A stretch of 64,000 nucleotides of DNA from sequence record DRR378314_251. The stretch is one strand, 5' to 3'. Both the position numbers and the translations under genes were made by a program. Within the stretch, counting starts at the first letter, position 1. Each line of letters begins with the position of its first letter. Shown piece by piece: positions 10,639 to 20,944 of this stretch. The notes under the pieces were generated by a model that was not told where the DNA came from, made no database searches, and saw only the letters and a list, made by a program, of their open reading frames with translations.

Positions 10639-12046
10639 ACTTGTCCCGATACCTCTGGACGACGCGCAAGGCGATCAGATTGAAAATCAACGTCACAACA
10701 AACAAGACCAAGCCAAGGGCAAATGCTGAAAGCGTCTTGGGGCTATCGAACTCGGTTTCTCCCGTGAGAAGGGCCACGATCTGAACAGTAATGGTCGTCA
10801 AGTCGGTAGACGGATCGAAGGAAATCCTGGCGCGCTGCCCCGCTGCCATCACAACAATCATCGTTTCGCCGATGGCCCTTGAAACCGCCAAGAGCATAGA
10901 GGCAACAATCCCTGGCAATGCTGCGGGCAGAATGATCTGCTTGATGGTCTCTGACTTCGTCGCCCCCATCGCAAATGCACCATCTCTCAATGAGTCCGGA
11001 ACCGCATTGATCACGTCGTCGGACAGCGACGACACAAACGGGATTACCATAACCCCCATCACCAATCCTGCGGCGAGCGCGCTTGTAGGTTGCGCGGCGA
11101 GAACCGGTCCGTTGGCCGCGCCCAGTTCAATTAGAAAACTATTGATTCCCAGCGCTGAGGCGCGAACCGCAGGTGCGATCACCAACAAAGCGAAGAAGCC
11201 ATAAACGACAGTCGGGATACCCGCGAGCATTTCCAGAAGCGGCTTCACATATCGACGTGTGCGGACCGATGCATACTCTGAAAGATAGATGGCAGAGAAA
11301 AGGCCCACCGGTGCCGCCACCAACATTGCGATGAGGGCGATCATGAACGTGCCGAAGAATAGCGGCAACGCTCCAAATTCTGCACTCGTCTGGGCGTTCC
11401 ATCGTGTGCCAAACAAGAAATCCGTGAAAGGCACCTCTGCAAAAAATCGCAGGCTTTCGTAAAGTAGAGACGCGACGATCCCGACCGTTGTAGCAATTGC
11501 GATTGCTGCGCAAAGGAACAGGAACGCCTCTGCACCTCGCTCCACTCTCAACCGCGCCCGAAACGCCGGGCTGACCTTCCGACGGGCGTACATGATCCCC
11601 ACCACGGCGCCAGCCAACATGAGCGCGAGGGTCGCGCCCTTCAGGCTACCCCATAACTCCAGATAGCGACCTGTTACTGTCGCGAATACAAGATCGCTTC
11701 CACTATAGCCCCCCATAGCCGCAGCATTGGCAACAGATTCCAGATAGGATTGAAGCTCGGCGGACGAAAGCGTGTGAAACGCCTCGGGAAGTTCGCTTGA
11801 AAGCAGGCCCAGCGCCGCTGGTTTCGCGAACAGTACGTAAAGCCCGGCAACCAATAGTGGCGGTATGAAGCCCCACATCGCGACATAATAGCCATGATAA
11901 TTGCCACGGGAATGAAACTTCTGACCGCCCGCGATCAGATAGCGCTCAGCCCTGATGCGACCTATCGAGAATCCCGAAGCGACCACGATCACTATCAACG
12001 CGGTCAGCAGCCATCCCATGGGGAGTTGACCGAGCTCTTGGGCCAT
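10631..12046 (-). CDS. pstC: Phosphate ABC transporter permease
   Basis: LEMLAGIPTVVYGFF, SRAIGETMIV. Confidence 0.94.
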   Translation of the reverse strand: MAQELGQLPMGWLLTALIVIVVASGFSIGRIRAERYLIAGGQKFHSRGNYHGYYVAMWGFIPPLLVAGLYVLFAKPAALGLLSSELPEAFHTLSSAELQSYLESVANAAAMGGYSGSDLVFATVTGRYLELWGSLKGATLALMLAGAVVGIMYARRKVSPAFRARLRVERGAEAFLFLCAAIAIATTVGIVASLLYESLRFFAEVPFTDFLFGTRWNAQTSAEFGALPLFFGTFMIALIAMLVAAPVGLFSAIYLSEYASVRTRRYVKPLLEMLAGIPTVVYGFFALLVIAPAVRASALGINSFLIELGAANGPVLAAQPTSALAAGLVMGVMVIPFVSSLSDDVINAVPDSLRDGAFAMGATKSETIKQIILPAALPGIVASMLLAVSRAIGETMIVVMAAGQRARISFDPSTDLTTITVQIVALLTGETEFDSPKTLSAFALGLVLFVVTLIFNLIALRVVQRYRDKYE

Positions 12047-12088
12047 TCGGGCGATCCCTTTCCATCCGCGCCCAAATAGCCGGGCAAA

Positions 12089-12131
12089 GCTACACTAATG
12101 TGACATATCTCTGTGGAAATTCATGTAACAG
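12089..12131 (-). promoter_or_regulatory. Possible Pho-box half-sites upstream of pstC
   Basis: Minus strand has CTGTTAC and ATGTCAC-ATTA-GTGTAGC, resembling CTGTCAT-N4 repeats; imperfect spacing. Confidence 0.35.
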
Positions 12132-12175
12132 GTCCTCTCTTGAACAGACAGCCCCGATCGGCCACATCAAGGCCC

Positions 12176-12733
12176 ATGACGAATGAACACACCAGCGCAG
12201 CTATCTGGCACGGCACAACCATTCTCGCTGTCCGGAAGGGACAGAAACTTGTCATGCTGAGCGATGGCCAGGTTTCGATGGGCCAAACCATCATGAAGGG
12301 AAACGCCCGCAAGGTGCGCCGCATCGCCAACGGCGAAATTCTGGCCGGTTTTGCCGGCGCCACTGCGGACGCCTTCACCCTCTTCGAGCGGCTCGAAGCG
12401 AAGTTGGAACGCCATCCGGGCCAGCTACAACGCGCAGCAGTCGAATTGGCCAAGGACTGGCGGACCGAGAAGTATCTCCAGAAGCTTGAGGCCCTATTGA
12501 TTGTGGCGGACAAGGAATCCACCCTGGTTATCACGGGCGCGGGTGATGTGCTGGAACCTGAGCACAATGTTGTCGCGGTAGGTTCAGGTGGGAATTATGC
12601 GCTCGCCGCAGCACGTGGGCTCTATGACTACGAGGCTGACGCGGAAGAAATCGGTCGCAAGGCCATGCAAATCGCGGCGGACATCTGCGTATACACGAAC
12701 AGCCACTTCACTCTGGAAACACTGGACCTCTGA
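12176..12733 (+). CDS. hslV: ATP-dependent protease peptidase subunit
   Basis: HGTTIL (N-terminal Thr nucleophile), [13 protein letters not shown]; start at ATG 12176. Confidence 0.96.
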   Translation: MTNEHTSAAIWHGTTILAVRKGQKLVMLSDGQVSMGQTIMKGNARKVRRIANGEILAGFAGATADAFTLFERLEAKLERHPGQLQRAAVELAKDWRTEKYLQKLEALLIVADKESTLVITGAGDVLEPEHNVVAVGSGGNYALAAARGLYDYEADAEEIGRKAMQIAADICVYTNSHFTLETLDL

Positions 12734-12800
12734 GTTCGCTCCCCTTTTGCGCCTCATTGCCCCCCAAGTGGCACTGAAGCCGCCAAACTTGGAATGCCCT

Positions 12801-14105
12801 ATGAAAGACCTCACCCCTCGCGAAATCGTAGCTGAACTGGATCGACACATTGTTGGTCAAAACGGCGCCAAACGTGCTGTAGCCATCGCTCTGCGCAATC
12901 GCTGGCGACGCAAGCAGGCACCCGATGCCATCCGCTCGGAGATAACACCCAAGAACATCTTGATGATTGGGCCAACTGGAGTCGGCAAGACGGAAGTTTC
13001 CCGTCGCCTTGCCCGCCTCGCGAACGCCCCCTTCCTGAAGGTTGAAGCCACCAAGTTTACGGAAGTCGGCTATGTGGGACGAGATGTTGAGCAGATCATT
13101 CGTGATCTGGTTGAATCAGCCATCTCCATGATCCGTGAGCAAAAGCGCGAAGGCGTGTCTGCACAGGCACAGGACGCCGCCGAAGAGCGCTTGCTTGATG
13201 CGCTGGTCGGAGAGGACGCCCAGTCTTCAACCCGGGAAGTGTTTCGCGGGAAGTTAAGAGCGGGAGACCTGGACGACAAACCTGTCGATCTGGACATCAC
13301 TGACAGCGGTAACCCGATGCAGATGATGGACATCCCCGGCCAGGGCGGCTCCATGGGCATGATCAATCTGTCGGACATGCTAGGAAAGGCTATGGGCGGA
13401 CGCACCAAGCGCGTTCGCACCACAGTGAAGGAAGCTTACAAGCCGCTCATTGAAGAAGAGTCCGACCGCCTGCTCGACGAGGATGCCATTGTACGTGAAG
13501 CAGTTTCCTCAGTTGAGGAAGACGGCATCGTATTCCTTGACGAGATAGACAAGGTGGCTGCCAAGCAAGGTCGCGGCGGTGCAGACGTTAGTCGTGAAGG
13601 CGTTCAGCGGGACCTCTTGCCGCTCATCGAAGGCACAACTGTCAGTACAAAACGCGGAGCCGTAAAGACGGACCACATTCTTTTTATCGCATCCGGCGCG
13701 TTCCACGTTTCGAAACCATCTGACCTGCTGCCCGAACTTCAAGGCCGCTTGCCTATTCGCGTTGAACTGGATGCACTTACACGAGACGATTTGCGCCGTA
13801 TTCTCGTTGAACCCGAAGCCAGCCTCATCCGCCAGTATCAGGCACTAATGGAAGCCGAAGGGGTTACGCTGGAATTCGAAGATGCCGCAATAGATCGCCT
13901 CGCCGATCTGGCCGAGGCCGTGAACAGCAGCGTCGAGAATATTGGTGCACGCAGGCTCCAAACCGTACTCGAACGGCTGCTGGACGAAATCAGCTTTGAT
14001 GCCCCGGACAAGAAAGGTGAGACGATCACCATCACGCCTGATTATGTGAATGAGCGCGTTGAAAGCCTTGCCGGCAACGCCGACCTTTCCAAATTCATTC
14101 TCTAG
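12801..14105 (+). CDS. hslU: ATP-dependent protease ATPase subunit
   Basis: [19 protein letters not shown] pore motif, DLSKFIL C-terminus; start at ATG 12801. Confidence 0.97.
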   Translation: MKDLTPREIVAELDRHIVGQNGAKRAVAIALRNRWRRKQAPDAIRSEITPKNILMIGPTGVGKTEVSRRLARLANAPFLKVEATKFTEVGYVGRDVEQIIRDLVESAISMIREQKREGVSAQAQDAAEERLLDALVGEDAQSSTREVFRGKLRAGDLDDKPVDLDITDSGNPMQMMDIPGQGGSMGMINLSDMLGKAMGGRTKRVRTTVKEAYKPLIEEESDRLLDEDAIVREAVSSVEEDGIVFLDEIDKVAAKQGRGGADVSREGVQRDLLPLIEGTTVSTKRGAVKTDHILFIASGAFHVSKPSDLLPELQGRLPIRVELDALTRDDLRRILVEPEASLIRQYQALMEAEGVTLEFEDAAIDRLADLAEAVNSSVENIGARRLQTVLERLLDEISFDAPDKKGETITITPDYVNERVESLAGNADLSKFIL

Positions 14106-14905
14106 ACATTTACGCGAGAGAGCAGTTCGACAGTCTGGCCATAGCCCTTCACGTCCGGAATCACGAGGCACGGCTCGCCTTCGGGTGTTTCTGACTGCTG
14201 CGGCTTTACTGTAACAACAGCCTCACTGCCAAAGCGTTGAATGGCATCCTCTACGGAATTCGCTGTTGCCAGCTTTTTCAAATTCATCCGCGTCGGGAAG
14301 ATAATGACAGATTCTCCTGACTCCTCTGAATTCAGCGCCGCTTGGGCGCCGATCCAGATCGCATCAGTTGTTTCCCTTCCATCATGGGCCGCGATTTGGT
14401 CCGGCGGTGCGGGAGCCAGGTAGAAATGGGTATCGAAGCGCTTCGGCATCATGTCAGGCGTAATCCAGTGTCCAAAGTACACAAGACTATCGAGCGCGAG
14501 CACGAGATCATTATCTTTGATGAGTTCCAGAAAGCTCTGCTCCCCTCGGTCAACAGCGCCCCGATAAGGGTTTAGTCGATCCGCCACATCGGGACCAACC
14601 AGTGGCCGGTCCGTTCCCCGCCGCGCCTTCGGGCGTGCGAGCAGCAATCCTGACTCCTCAAAAGCCTCGCGCACGGCCGCAATGCGAGCATCCTGTTGAA
14701 CCGGACCGAAGTCTCCGTCCGTATAGTCGTCCCACCCCGAACTCGCATCTTCGTCCGTCGCCTTTCCACCGGGAAATACCAGTGCGCCCGCCGCAAAATC
14801 TATCTGATAGTGCCGCTTCACCATCAAGACTTCAGGCAATGTCGCCCCGTCTCGTACAATCAGAACTGTTGCGGAAAGTCTCGGCGCATCGGGCGATGTT
14901 GTCAT
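14102..14905 (-). CDS. NUDIX hydrolase (Nudt19-like)
   Basis: VFPGG...[11 protein letters not shown] split Nudix box; [12 protein letters not shown]. Confidence 0.85.
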   Translation of the reverse strand: MTTSPDAPRLSATVLIVRDGATLPEVLMVKRHYQIDFAAGALVFPGGKATDEDASSGWDDYTDGDFGPVQQDARIAAVREAFEESGLLLARPKARRGTDRPLVGPDVADRLNPYRGAVDRGEQSFLELIKDNDLVLALDSLVYFGHWITPDMMPKRFDTHFYLAPAPPDQIAAHDGRETTDAIWIGAQAALNSEESGESVIIFPTRMNLKKLATANSVEDAIQRFGSEAVVTVKPQQSETPEGEPCLVIPDVKGYGQTVELLSRVNV

Positions 14906-15020
14906 TCTTATTGTCCCGTCATTCTTTTAAATTTTCTCGAAATCCAAACGGTTTTCTGCGCGTGATCTTCAATCCTCTCCCCTAGGTAAGGCAATAGGCA
15001 CAGTCAGAAAGACGGGAAGA

Positions 15021-15704
15021 GTGATGCGGGAATTACTTCAAACGAAAATTGTCGCTCACAGTGGACAGAAGGTCCATCTCCGTTTCCAGCCCGTGATGCA
15101 CGTGCAAGACGGATCTTCCTACGGTGCCGTTTGCGAGATGTCTCGCCAATACGAAGAGCGTGTGCGTTTCGGGCCGGCTGCCAAAACCACCACAGAGAAC
15201 GGCCCAGCCAAATGGTTGGCCGATCGCCTACTCGAAGTCGCCTCCGCTGCGCACGATGCCGACCATCGTCTGAGACCAATTCTGGTGCCAGCACCTACAG
15301 CGGCGCTGTTTGACGACAATACAGCAATTGGCTGCGATGCAGTCATTCGCCGCACGACGCTGTGCCAACAGGAAATCAGTCTCGAATTTCAGGATTCAGC
15401 CTTTGCCGAAGGCAATCAAGACGTAATCCATTGTGTGGCAAATCTGCGTAAACGCGGCTTTCGAGTCGCCATCGACATGCGCAAAACCTGGAAAACACAG
15501 CTCAGAGATGGTCTGGGCCTCTTGGTCGACAGCATCCGCGTTGATGCACGCGAACTCAGCGACAATGAGCAATTGATGGATCTGTGCGAATCCGTAGGCA
15601 CCGCAGGTATCCTGGTGATTGCCGATCAGGCGAATTGGCGCGACGGCGAATTCCTTGAACGTATTGGGGTCAAAGCAGGCGTTCGCATGCAAAGCGACTG
15701 TTAG
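15021..15704 (+). CDS. Degenerate EAL-fold protein
   Basis: FQPV, ISLE, LRKRGFRVAID pattern of EAL domains, but EAL and DDFG motifs are absent. Confidence 0.6.
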   Translation: MMRELLQTKIVAHSGQKVHLRFQPVMHVQDGSSYGAVCEMSRQYEERVRFGPAAKTTTENGPAKWLADRLLEVASAAHDADHRLRPILVPAPTAALFDDNTAIGCDAVIRRTTLCQQEISLEFQDSAFAEGNQDVIHCVANLRKRGFRVAIDMRKTWKTQLRDGLGLLVDSIRVDARELSDNEQLMDLCESVGTAGILVIADQANWRDGEFLERIGVKAGVRMQSDC

Positions 15705-16861
15705 GCAGCCCCGACCGAGCTTTCGACGTCGTCCATCGCGGCCATTTCAGAATAGTAGTCCAGCTTCTCCAGAAGGTAATCGAGGTCTTCCTTGGGGATG
15801 GCCTGGAACTGGGTCAGAACACGCTCAATCATGCGCGCGCGGAACCTGGCCCGGTCGTTCGGGCCGCCGTCATGGCTTGTTTCATGGAACACATTCACTG
15901 CGGCTCGGAAGGCAGGAAGCATCTTGCGAGGCATGCCGGCACGATCAAACACAGCCTGAAGCCCCAAAGGCCCGGCATCATGGATCATCAACCACACGCG
16001 CTGGTGGCCAACGCCTGAAAGTTCGGCGAGCGAATGCTCTACAAAAGGCATCTGGCCACAGCACAAAGCTCGCATGATCAGCGAATGCGTCAGTCTGCCA
16101 TTCAGATGCAACTGGGACACAAATCTCGGCAAATCATGAGTTCGCCCCGCCTGCTCAACCAAGTCTATCGTCGCGCGTTCACGCGCGCCTGAGGCAAGAT
16201 CAATGGCCAGCTGCGCCGGCAGCTCGTGACGATTGACCAAGAGGTCGAACAATTGGCCCGACACCAGCGAAACCATTTTCTCTGCAATGTGTGTCGGAAT
16301 GTATTCTCGGCTGATCAGGCCCTTCTGAACGCCCTCATCCGAGCCAAAGCGGCGTATTGAATGCTCGAAAGCACGATCCGTGTATTCTGCGCCTTCATTC
16401 GCGGACAATGCCCGTACGGCTTCGACCGCGCCATGTTCTGAGATCACTTCGGTCAAAGTTACTGACAGCCCATCACGATTGGCGATGGCGGCCTGCTTCG
16501 AAGCAGTCACTGACAGCACCAATTCGATCAAGTCTTCATCTGTGAAGACCGGCGAGTCCTGAAGGACAGGAATTGCAACAGCTTCCACGTCCTGAGCAAG
16601 CTGTATCGCAATGTCACGTGGCAGAATGGGGGAATTGCGAAGCGTCACAGACAAGGTACGGCGCACCAGATCGGCAGCATCCTTGGCCAAAATCGCCATG
16701 ATTTCCTGCGCGTAGGCTCTCTCTGCATCGCTCAGGACATCAAGCGCAATGCGACGACACAAGCGATGCGCAACCGTTGCACGGTCTTCCGGTGTCTCAC
16801 CCTTGATGAGTCTGTGGATGTCCTGCTCAGTCAATTGAGGGCGAATGCTCTGGACGCTCAT
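15701..16861 (-). CDS. DUF2336 domain protein (SpbR-like)
   Basis: VRRTLSVTLRNSPILPRD..LAQD..VAIPVL.DSPVFTDEDL..AIANR pattern; start at ATG 16861. Confidence 0.8.
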   Translation of the reverse strand: MSVQSIRPQLTEQDIHRLIKGETPEDRATVAHRLCRRIALDVLSDAERAYAQEIMAILAKDAADLVRRTLSVTLRNSPILPRDIAIQLAQDVEAVAIPVLQDSPVFTDEDLIELVLSVTASKQAAIANRDGLSVTLTEVISEHGAVEAVRALSANEGAEYTDRAFEHSIRRFGSDEGVQKGLISREYIPTHIAEKMVSLVSGQLFDLLVNRHELPAQLAIDLASGARERATIDLVEQAGRTHDLPRFVSQLHLNGRLTHSLIMRALCCGQMPFVEHSLAELSGVGHQRVWLMIHDAGPLGLQAVFDRAGMPRKMLPAFRAAVNVFHETSHDGGPNDRARFRARMIERVLTQFQAIPKEDLDYLLEKLDYYSEMAAMDDVESSVGAA

Positions 16862-16908
16862 CTTCTGATGCCTCTTCCTTACGATTCGACACAAATTCGC
16901 TAGATGCG

Positions 16909-16924
16909 GTTAACATCCAGTTTA
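16909..16924 (-). promoter_or_regulatory. CtrA-like binding site upstream of DUF2336 gene
   Basis: Minus strand TAAA-N7-TTAAC, one mismatch to TTAA-N7-TTAAC; extra TTAAC at 16929-16933. Confidence 0.5.
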
Positions 16925-16945
16925 CCTATTAACGTTCGCAGCATG

Positions 16946-16974
16946 AAAAAAGCCGGTCACTGCGGACCGGCTTT
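16946..16974 (-). terminator. Rho-independent terminator of tig
   Basis: AGCCGGTC/GACCGGCT stem followed by a T-run on the minus strand. Confidence 0.8.
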
Positions 16975-17001
16975 CTAGAAATTCGAAATTCGTGTGGACG
17001 A

Positions 17002-18351
17002 CTATTCGTCGTCTTCCTTGAACAAGTCTTCGCGTGAAACAGTTTCCTCGGTGATTTCAGCCACTTCCAGGATGTGATCAACCACCTTGTCTTCATAGAT
17101 CGGCGCACGAAGCTGGGCCATCGCGCCCGGATTATTGCGGAAAAATTCCACAACCTGCTGCTCCTGCCCCGGATACTGGCGTGCTTCGCGGACGAGTGCC
17201 TGGTTCACTTCCTGCTCTGAAATGCGAACATCGGCGACACGACCGATCTCGGCAAGCACCAGACCGAGACGCACGCGGCGCTCAGCGATCTTGCGATACT
17301 CTTCTTTCAGCTCGTCTTCGGACTTGTCCTTGTCCTCATCCGCCGTGCGCCCGGCATCCATTTCAGCCTGCAGCTGTTGCCAGATCTGATTGAACTCTTG
17401 TTCAACCATATTCGGCGGCAGATCAAAGCTATGTGCCTCGTCCAGTTGATCCAGAAGATTGCGCTTCGCCTTCGCACGGGATGCACCATCATGTTCGGCT
17501 TTCAGCTGATCCTTCACCAAGCCCGTAAGTTGCTCGAGGCTTTCAAGGCCAAGACCCTTCGCAAACTCATCATCGACGTCTGCGGTTTTCGGAGCGCGCA
17601 CTTCGTGTACTTTCACCTCGAAGACCGCTTCTTTTCCGGCGAGATGCTCAGCGCCATATTCTTCAGGGAACGTGACGGTGACTTCTTTTTCTTCACCTGC
17701 CTTCTCGCCAACGAGTTGATCTTCGAAACCGGGAATGAACTGTCCGGAACCAAGAACCAGCGTCTGTTGTTCAGCGCTACCGCCCTCAAACGCTTCACCA
17801 TCGATCTTGCCGACAAAATCCATGACGACTGCGTCGCCATCTTTCGCCTTGGCCGTCTTGGCGCGCGGCTCGTACTGGGTGTTCTGCTCTGCAATACGGG
17901 CCAGAGCTTCGTCAATCTGCTCTTGCGAAACCTCAGCAACTGGGCGCGTGATCGTCAGCTTGGTTACGTCAGCTGGCTCGAATTCCGGCATTACATCGAC
18001 GTTCATGTTGTAGGAAAGGTCAGCCTCCCCCTTCACGACAGCTTCCATGTCGCCGTCAATCTGAACATCGGGCTGGCCAGCCGGACGCAGTTCGTTGTCT
18101 TCCAGCGCCTTCTGATTGGTTTCTGTGACGAGCTTGTTGATCAACTCACCCATCAGATCCTGACCGTACATCTTGCGCACGTGGGAAGCAGGGACTTTGC
18201 CCGGACGGAAGCCTTTCAGCTTCATTTGCGGCCGGATTTCCTCGATCCGCTCATCAAGTTTCGCCTGCAGCTCAGATGCCGGCACCTTGATGGCAAACGT
18301 GCGGCTGAGACCTTCTGACTTGGTCTGGGTAACTTCCATCGGTTCAATCAT
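17002..18351 (-). CDS. tig: Trigger factor
   Basis: GFRPGKVP ribosome-binding motif; FKBP domain (FIPGFEDQL). Confidence 0.97.
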   Translation of the reverse strand: MIEPMEVTQTKSEGLSRTFAIKVPASELQAKLDERIEEIRPQMKLKGFRPGKVPASHVRKMYGQDLMGELINKLVTETNQKALEDNELRPAGQPDVQIDGDMEAVVKGEADLSYNMNVDVMPEFEPADVTKLTITRPVAEVSQEQIDEALARIAEQNTQYEPRAKTAKAKDGDAVVMDFVGKIDGEAFEGGSAEQQTLVLGSGQFIPGFEDQLVGEKAGEEKEVTVTFPEEYGAEHLAGKEAVFEVKVHEVRAPKTADVDDEFAKGLGLESLEQLTGLVKDQLKAEHDGASRAKAKRNLLDQLDEAHSFDLPPNMVEQEFNQIWQQLQAEMDAGRTADEDKDKSEDELKEEYRKIAERRVRLGLVLAEIGRVADVRISEQEVNQALVREARQYPGQEQQVVEFFRNNPGAMAQLRAPIYEDKVVDHILEVAEITEETVSREDLFKEDDE

Positions 18352-18559
18352 CCGTAATCTTGGGTCACGGGCGCAAGAAATGCGCGCGGGCGCCCTGTGA
18401 ATCCTGTCTGAAGGGGCGGCTTATGTCATAGCCGAAAGCCCCTGTCCACGCTGGACTATGCGCTGATAGCAGCGCTTTCAAGCGTGCTGTTCCGGGAAAC
18501 CATTGTTGTAAGGTTTTCCGCGCAAGCTAACACCCGGAATTCACGATCTCCTGAAACGG

Positions 18560-18589
18560 AAAAGGCCCGCCGCATTTGCGGCCGGGCCT
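18560..18589 (-). terminator. Rho-independent terminator of hfa-like operon
   Basis: GC-rich stem (AGGCCCG.CCGC / GCGG.CGGGCCT) then TTTT on the minus strand. Confidence 0.7.
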
Positions 18590-18674
18590 GAGACCAGGGA
18601 GTAGACTGGTCGGAAATGAGGGCGCCGAACGTTCATTCGGGGGACTGACGGCCGCCCGGCGCCCTCTTCCGCAC

Positions 18675-19688
18675 TTACTGAACCGAAATGTTCACCGTGT
18701 TGCCGATCGACGCTGCGGTAGCAGCAGCTTCAGCACCATGGCAAACTTGGGCAGCGAGTGTGGAAATCTGATGACCCGAATTGGCTTGATTGATGCGGGT
18801 CAAAACGTTGCCGACAACATCGGAGTTGAGGCTGGTCAGCGATGCCGAGTTGCCGATTGCCGCAGCGGTTGCTGCACCATCTGCAAATCCGGACAGGCGG
18901 CCATTCAATTCGGCAACCATGGTTCCGGAATTGTACTGCTGAGCACTCATGCTGCCACTTCCGGGTACTTCGACAGACAATGAGTTGCCGATCGACGCTG
19001 CGGTTGCAGTAGCTTCAGTGATGTCGTCGATCGAAGCATTCATTTGCGTCGTCATGTAGCCACTGTTTGACTGCAAGGAACGTGTGGCAATCGTGCTGAC
19101 ATCAGACGTAACAGATGCCGTGTTGCCGATGGCAGCTGTCGTCGCTGTGGCGATTCCGGAGTTCTGGATGTCCACGTTTGCGTTAGCGTAACCGGCTCCG
19201 GAATTTGCCTGATTGACCGAAGAGACGGCATCCGCGACAGAGTCGATTGAATACGAGTTGCCGATGGCGGCTGCAGTTCCAGCGATTTCACCCATGGCAC
19301 CGCTGACGAGGTTCAGCGTCGCCGTTTGGTTGCCGCTGTTCACTTGGCGTGTTGCGTAGTTCACAGCGTTGGCTGCTGCGTTTGAAGCATCACCCGCCAC
19401 TGGTGTGTCCAGGCCGAGATTGATGTCAGCGTCCACCAAAGTGTCTCCACCAAGGTTTACATCCGCATCAACCAGGTCTCCGCCGAGCACATCAACATTG
19501 GCATCCACTAGATCGCCACCGAGAACATCGACATTGGCGTCAACCAGGCTGTCACCGCCCACGTCGACGGTCGCGTCCACGACACCGCCAAGGCCCAGGT
19601 CGACGTCAACAAGGCTGGAATCCTGCGCCATGGCAGCTGGGGCTGCAAGAATGAGGGCAGAAGCGAAGAAAAGAGCAGACCGTTTCAT
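18675..19688 (-). CDS. HfaD-like secreted repeat protein (holdfast anchor / amyloid-like)
   Basis: Signal peptide; six acidic ~12-aa repeats; five QxNSG...AA(A/S)IGN repeats; third gene after hfaA- and hfaB-like genes. Confidence 0.7.
   Translation of the reverse strand: MKRSALFFASALILAAPAAMAQDSSLVDVDLGLGGVVDATVDVGGDSLVDANVDVLGGDLVDANVDVLGGDLVDADVNLGGDTLVDADINLGLDTPVAGDASNAAANAVNYATRQVNSGNQTATLNLVSGAMGEIAGTAAAIGNSYSIDSVADAVSSVNQANSGAGYANANVDIQNSGIATATTAAIGNTASVTSDVSTIATRSLQSNSGYMTTQMNASIDDITEATATAASIGNSLSVEVPGSGSMSAQQYNSGTMVAELNGRLSGFADGAATAAAIGNSASLTSLNSDVVGNVLTRINQANSGHQISTLAAQVCHGAEAAATAASIGNTVNISVQ
19407..19616 (-). repeat. Six imperfect ~36-nt coding repeats (LVDAxVDVLGGD)
   Basis: Residues ~25-94 of the HfaD-like protein. 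Confidence 0.85.
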
Positions 19689-19700
19689 GAATATTCTCCT

Positions 19701-20555
19701 TTAATGTTGGGTCTGTTGAAGGGCAGGCACGTCCGACATGACGAACTCTGCTTGAGAGCAGGCTTGCGCGGACGGGCCGGCGATGCCTGAGACGAGGTCG
19801 AAAACTGCGCTTTCGACAATCGTTCGAATTGCGGTGTGAACCGGCTCCTGAGCGCGCTCGCCCAAACCGATATCAATGGTCGTGTCTCCGATGAACTCAA
19901 AGACCCCCGCGCGAATTTCGCGGCCGCGAATAACTTTCCGTTGACTGACCAGATTGACCACGGACAGGTCCGTCGTGTTTACCAGTCGAAGGTCGAGCGC
20001 CACAGTCATGGCATAATGTCTGGCACCGCCGATGACTGGGCCGATACGTGCCTCTCGAACACCGCTATGCACATTGAAGTTCAGCTCTGTTATGCCGCCG
20101 AGCAGAATGTAGTCGCTGCCAGCAATGGAACCCGTAAACACTTTGCGGTAGTCTTCTGTCGGCTCGCCTGCTTCACTGATCAGGCGATTATTGGCAAACT
20201 CGAGTTCCTGCTCTGCAACAGCCGTATCAAGACGTTCAGCAAGCGGAAATCCTGCTTGGCTCAATGCAGACATCACCATGAGAGAGGCGCCTTGCGTGGC
20301 AACCGCCCCTTCAAATGTGGAGAATCTGCCCGTCATGTCGCGAATATCACCGACGGCAATGCGGGGCTTCTCCGCAGGCGTGTTCCACCTCATGCAGCTG
20401 AGCTGCTCTGAATAAGCCGTTGAGCTGTTTTCAACGATCGCTCCGGTCGCCAGATAGTCGGGGTCGGAGACTACGCCTTCCATGGAAGTGCATGCCGTTG
20501 CCGCTATCAAGCCCGAACCGATCAGCAAGTTACGAAGTAATTTCGTGTAGGCCAT
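19701..20555 (-). CDS. hfaB: HfaB/CsgG family outer-membrane secretion lipoprotein
   Basis: Lipobox ATAC; IAVGDIRDMTG, VATQGASLMVMSAL, ERLD, GGITELNFN, VALDLRLV, QEPVHTAIR. Confidence 0.85.
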   Translation of the reverse strand: MAYTKLLRNLLIGSGLIAATACTSMEGVVSDPDYLATGAIVENSSTAYSEQLSCMRWNTPAEKPRIAVGDIRDMTGRFSTFEGAVATQGASLMVMSALSQAGFPLAERLDTAVAEQELEFANNRLISEAGEPTEDYRKVFTGSIAGSDYILLGGITELNFNVHSGVREARIGPVIGGARHYAMTVALDLRLVNTTDLSVVNLVSQRKVIRGREIRAGVFEFIGDTTIDIGLGERAQEPVHTAIRTIVESAVFDLVSGIAGPSAQACSQAEFVMSDVPALQQTQH

Positions 20556-20557
20556 GA

Positions 20558-20944
20558 TCAGTCACTCCCGCTTGTTGGAAGGTGAGCAACAATGGCGGTC
20601 TGATCGCCCAGATTGATCTGTGACGCGTCCACAACGACAGTGTTGTTGTTTCCTTCAATTTCGACGCTGATCATGTTTCCGATCGCGGTGGCCTGACCGC
20701 CCGTGCTGGTTCCGGACCAGGCTGGCATCATGGGGCCCGCACCGCGGAATGAACTTATTTGGGCTGAAGGGCTCGCGCCGCCTCCCGTCACCACGACGCG
20801 GTTGGCTTGAGCGTCTCTGGAAAATCCGAGAGGCTGTTGCGCCCATCCAGAAGCTTCCATGCTAATCTGGGCGGCAGCGGGTGCTCCAGAGAAGAACAGT
20901 GCCGCAAGGCCAATCGATTGTATTTTTAAATTCAAGTCAGTCAT
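20558..20944 (-). CDS. hfaA: HfaA-like holdfast anchor protein
   Basis: Signal peptide; RDAQANRVVV and ATAIGNMISVEIEGNNNTVVVDASQINLGDQTA match recalled HfaA motifs. Confidence 0.75.
   Translation of the reverse strand: MTDLNLKIQSIGLAALFFSGAPAAAQISMEASGWAQQPLGFSRDAQANRVVVTGGGASPSAQISSFRGAGPMMPAWSGTSTGGQATAIGNMISVEIEGNNNTVVVDASQINLGDQTAIVAHLPTSGSD

Noticed and set aside
6834-12046. pst operon lacks pstS
   Set aside because: An unlinked pstS is the known arrangement in Caulobacter-type genomes, so this is not unusual.
17377-18318. 313-aa plus-strand ORF
   Set aside because: Antisense shadow of tig with no recognisable motifs. The same applies to other long antisense ORFs such as 43256-44089, 35003-35674 and 59761-60444.
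18607-18632. TGGTCGGAAATGAGGGCGCCGAAC loosely resembles the reverse complement of a tRNA-Pro 3' end (possible att site)
   Set aside because: T-loop GTTCGA is not preserved, there is no cloverleaf, and the bases are explained by local hairpins.
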